Shown here piece after piece: positions 59,601-64,000 of a stretch of DNA of 64,000 nucleotides (positions within the stretch are counted from its first letter, which is position 1; each line of letters starts with the position of its first letter). The notes beneath the pieces were generated by a model, which made no database searches, was not told where the DNA came from, and saw only the letters and a program-made list of their open reading frames with translations. The position numbers and the translations under genes were made by a program. The stretch comes from Cycas panzhihuaensis (Eukaryota > Plantae > Cycadophyta). The DNA is taken from assembly GCA_023213395.1 (NCBI GenBank), contig CM041465.1:125805741-125869740 (forward strand). Reading direction: 5' to 3'.

Positions 59601-60792
59601 CCTTCATGCCCTCAGCCGAGCTGATGGCAGATCCATCATCCTTTTGAAGTCTATTGATTCTGTTGTTTGCCCTATGTTTTGCTGCGGTCATATGGAAAAA
59701 TCTAGTATTTCTATCGCCTTCGTCCAGCCAGAGGGCCCTAGATTTCTGTCTGCAATGGATCTCCTCTCTATTGAGGATCTCCTCCATAGTCTCGGTGAGC
59801 TCCTTCTCAGCATTGCCAAGCTCCATTGATCTGCCCATCTGCTCTATTTGATCCCCTATGCCTTTCAAATCCTAGATACTTTTATCCTTTTGTTCATTTA
59901 TGTTTTGAAAAACTTCCTTGTTCCAAGCCTTTACTTATCTTTTGACCCAGTCTAGCTTCTTTGAAAATCTATACATAGTGTGTCCTTTAATGTCAATGCC
60001 CCACCATTCCTCAATTCTATTCCGAAGGTCTGGATGGCGAAGCCACATTAATTTGAATCTGAAGGGGGCCCCAATAAATTTACCCGAATCTGAAAATTGT
60101 AACAAGAGGGGTGAGTGATTAGAGCTGATCCTCGGTAATGCCTCCAAGGTGAAGTCAGAGAAGCTCCTCATCCAATCATAATTAACCAGCACCCTGTCCA
60201 GCTTGATTTGAATAAGGCTGTCCCCCAACCTCTTATTAGACCAGGTGAAGGATGCCCCCCTAAGACTGACATCTTCCAACCCCCCCTATTGGAGGAAGTC
60301 GCTAAACTTGGCCATACTAGTAGTCCATCCCCCGGTGCCTCCTCTCTTGTCTCCAGGGGATAAAGCCGAGTTAAAATCACCCACCAGCAGCCATGGGAGT
60401 CGGCAATCCTTGTGTACCTCAATCAATCTATCCCAAAGCCTCTTCCTGGCTATTTGGAGAATTGGGGCATAAACATTAGTAGCAATCCATGTGATGTTGT
60501 TGCTTTTGTTCGTTAATCGAACCGAAATAAAGGAATCCTTAATCAAAAAGATTTCTCCCGACCAGATAGATGGGTTCCAAAGCACCATTAATCCTCCGAC
60601 TCCTTGGCCATAGTCCCTCTATATGTCATCTGCATGCTTCCAAATTTTGTTTCTAATCTTTGGTCCATTCTCCTTGCACAGCTTAGTTTCTTGCAGAAAT
60701 AACAGATCCAATTGATGTCTGGTTCTCATATCCTTAATAATTCTTTGCTTGAAGGGCATCCGGACCATAATATTCCATGACATGATTTTCAT
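56672..60792 (-). pseudogene. L1 ORF2 (AP endonuclease, RT, zf-RVT, RNase H), disrupted
   Basis: Endonuclease: MKIMSWN..LQETK, NVYAP, LVGDFN, KLDRVLVN, SNHSP. RT: KAPGPDGF, PISLCN, KIDLTKVFDRVSW, GLRQGDPLSP, QFVDA (catalytic DD lost), YLGLPL. Downstream: CTLC..ESMDHIFIGC, KVNFDG, VIEGDS, EGNKPADFLA. Multiple frameshifts. Confidence 0.94.
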
Positions 60793-62160
60793 CGCTTCTT
60801 TCTCGGTTCCAAACCTCCGCAGATATCCCTTTTGGGGATCTCTCATCTTTATCGAACTAAGAATAGGTCCTTCAAGGAATGCTTCCTTTAAAGTTTTCTG
60901 GGTACTTAGATCTACAGGCGGTAGAATCTTTCTCCCTTTGCAGCCTAGAAGGTGGTCTTCCAACCTTCTTCTCGGCTCCCACGTCTGGCATCTTCTTTTG
61001 AGATGAGGCTGGATGCGGTAGTGAATCAAGGGCCAACCTTCCTAGTTCCACTGGCTCCTCGGTACCGTCAAGCCCCTGATTCGCTTCAACATCTGAGGTT
61101 AGTTCTGCCTCCAACCCAGCCATTTTATCCTTCTTTTCCTTCTGCCTTAGTGGCTCAAGCAGGTCCGTGTGGACCGTAGAACCTTCACCGGAGTGGGATA
61201 GATCCCCCACTCCAGCCACTCTAGTCGAAACCCCCTGAGTCACGGGGGCCTGAGCCACTTGATCATCTTCCTCCAAAAGCGTGTCCTCCTCGTTTGGGTC
61301 AAATCCCAGGTTCGGGAAGGAGGCCTCAGTGGCCTCCGATGGTGCTGGGCATTTAAAACCCTCTCCTTTTTCTTAGGGGTTTGACTCAAGTGGATCTTCT
61401 TCTTTCTCGTCATTTGAGGGTTGCACTCCCAAGCACTTTTGGGGCAGATGCCCCAAATTTCTGCAGGTTGAACATCTAAAGTGGTCCAACTCGTAAACCA
61501 ACGGTTGAACCCAACTCTTATCTAGCAAATCCATCCAAATATCATCCAAGAGGCTTGTCTAATCTTGCCAGAGCACAAATTCTGGGATTTATAAGCCTAC
61601 TCCTATTCTTCGTCACGGAGTCAACTACTAATAGAAGGCCCACCACTTTCACTATGCCTCTAAACACCTCAGGGTTCCAGTGGTGAAGGGGGAGGCCTGG
61701 GAGTTGGATCCAAATGGGTGCTTGTCTAATTTTAGGGCTCGAGGGATCAAAATCCCTATGCCATTTCTCGAGAGAAAGGGCATTTCTTCTGAACATCCAT
61801 GGTGCCCTGATCAGTATACTAGACATGTCTTTATAAGAGACGAATTTAAATAGCACACAGCCCTTAGGCATGGCTATTACCTCCACACTGCCTATTATTT
61901 TCCATTTAGTCTTTGTCCATGTCCTAATGGCTTCTAGTCGATGCGGGACACGAGAATCTACCCACCGGGCAATTCTCCCATAATTTTTCAGTTTTTTCCA
62001 CCAAAGCCAGAGGGATCTTTAGTCTAGCTTTGTTATCCTCGAACACAGGTGTTAGGTCAAAGGATTCGTCCTCTTTTGTTTTCAAAACGTCACGATAGGT
62101 TCTCCCCAATACTAGGTTAGGGTTGTGGTTCTGATATAGAGAGGAATGATCTTTTTCCAT
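60793..62160 (-). pseudogene. L1 ORF1 (DUF4283-like domain plus CCHC zinc knuckle), disrupted
   Basis: PWMFRRNALSLEKW, PIWIQLPGLPLHHW, RCSTCRNLGHLPQKC (~61435-61480), acidic linker and KKVGRPP; split by frameshifts. Confidence 0.88.
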
Positions 62161-64000
62161 GTTTTTAAAAAATCAAGACTAAAGAAGAAAACACCAGACA
62201 AGAAAACAGTGGCATACCATTTCATCTTCAGCCAATCTTTTCAAGGAGCTCGCCCGGAATCTTAGCAGTATGTTGAAAAACTCTCTAGCTCCACCATTGG
62301 AGTTGATTCGCAGTCTATTTGTGTGCCTATGGGGCCCGCGTCCCTTCCCAAGCCTTTTCTCGCCCGTTAGACCAGCTGTGTCATGGCGGCTCTCATCTTC
62401 TAGAAGGTCACACCAGGGTTTCAGTAAGCCTGGTGACCACAGTCGAGGTGAGAAAACACTACCCCATTGTACCTGAGTATCGCTCACTCTGGCTCCTTTG
62501 CTAGTCGGTCCGTCTATCCTTTGGTTAAACCCGTGTGCATGCTTCCTGTCCACTGTCTCAGCTTGAGCGAGGGGAATGGAGAACCTAAGAAGATCTACAA
62601 AGGCCAGTCGGCCAACTCTGTCTTCACCCTCCAAGGGACGCCATGGCATCTAAAATCTAACTGCGTTCTCCACCACAGCCATGCCAAACCCTAGTCCAGA
62701 ATCGCCTCGCGCTCACCAGCTCGATATGATTTGGTGGGCTTTATTTAGAGGAAAAGAAAAAAAATAGAAACTTAGAACTTAATGATTGAGTTATTATTGT
62801 TGTATGTATTGTAAAACCATTTTCCCCATTTTCTATGAATGTAAATATTACACTATTATAAAATATTAGTCTCCAAGGGTAGACTATGTAATAAAGAGTG
62901 GCAATTGTTCACATCTCAGGAAAGAATTACTATGCTACAATAAAATATGATGTAGAGGCTTGAAAGCAAAGGGTTCTAAAAGGAAAAATTGTAAAGTTTT
63001 GGATGATGGGAATGATCTCATACTAATGCTAATTTTTTCCTTAAAGAAGGGCCTAGAATGAAGAGTTCTATTATGTTTGTATTGTCTGTTATCCATTATC
63101 AATAAATGGGGTATCTTTGATAATATAGTTTTGAGAACATATTTGAATAAAATAATATTAATCTTATTGGGATTTATTTTTAACATTGTAATAATTTTTA
63201 GATTGTATATAAAACTCAATCAGTTTGTTAATTTTAAATTTGATGCTTCGTAATATCTTAATCCATATTAAAATCATTATTCTAATTGATTTCTTTAATT
63301 AAAGTAAATAGTTTGGTGTGCCCTTTTTATATCTCTATTAATGCAAGTAATAAACATGCAGTACTAACATGAACATTATAAATGCCATTGGAATGATATA
63401 GACAAGCATATATAAGTATTATTATAGTAAACATTGGTCATATGACATTAGAGTCATGTAGACTTTATGATGGATTACCTACTTTGTCTCTTGGAGGAAC
63501 TGAAAAGCTTTTAGTAATTCATTTATTTTCTCATTCTTTCCATTGTTAATAGCACATGCTAATCAATGGAATACTATTGACAAAAGTATAAGCCAAACTC
63601 TAGCTAGAATGTTGAAGCAATAAATTAACTACTTTCAAATATTTACATTATGAAAATAAAGACAAGACCACCCTCTATTTATTTTGTTTATCATTATGTA
63701 GTGTATTCACTCACTAATAGATATCTCCACCTCACTATGAAAGGATTATAACTTCCTATCAATCAATCTGCTTACTAATAAAATTTGGAATTGATAGTAC
63801 CCTTAACAACATCAAATTGGAGTCACATGTGAACTTATATAGACATCACTATTGATACTCGAAAGAGCCTTCACTATCAAACTTGAAAAAGAGAAAAAGT
63901 ACAACAATAAGAGTGACAAGTTCTACTTTATTCCTTTCTATTCTTATTTTATGTGTGCCCAAAGTACATGCATTCCCATTGTCTCTAAAACACATGGTTC

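Larger units (their letters stand above)
56456..62729 (-). mobile_element. Near full-length L1-clade LINE with RNase H, poly(A) tail and 13-bp TSD
   Basis: TSD TTTGGTGGGCTTT at 56443-56455 and 62730-62742; poly(T) on + to 56464; empty sites at ~43005 and ~48655; ORF1 and ORF2 domains in the expected order. Confidence 0.96.

Noticed and set aside
59140-59829. 229-aa plus-strand ORF and other antisense ORFs within the LINE
   Set aside because: Antisense shadows of ORF2 with no independent evidence.

Overview
This is eukaryotic land-plant DNA: AT-rich, CpG-depleted and dominated by old transposons. Several features suggest a large-genome gymnosperm, but that is an inference. Only one intact protein-coding gene is supported: an intronless group-D MAP kinase kinase (MKK7/9-like, 44781-45731, +) with a CpG-rich proximal promoter and a non-canonical activation loop. 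It sits in a decaying direct tandem array. Two 3'-only MKK pseudogene fragments (38827-39148, 52449-52734) and the intact gene are each followed by a homologous 4-6 kb spacer. A further MKK 3' fragment (9653-9791) is joined in frame, at a 4-bp microhomology, to a class III peroxidase pseudogene (8656-9656). The rest is nested transposon sequence: (1) a minus-strand Ty3/gypsy element running off the left edge; (2) a full-length chromodomain-bearing CRM-like gypsy element (16369-22122, TSD TAGAT) whose 5' half was tandemly duplicated with its flank (11404-15020); (3) an eroded Ty1/copia element with both LTRs (22565-26970); (4) a second copia remnant duplicated with the MKK array; (5) a near full-length RNase H-containing L1 LINE with a 13-bp TSD (56456-62729). 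Very long (TA)n tracts explain all the YI/IY ORFs. I see no convincing evidence of a wholly new biological system. The best leads are the atypical MKK and its array, the peroxidase-MKK chimera, the mosaic spacer and the L1 ORF architecture.
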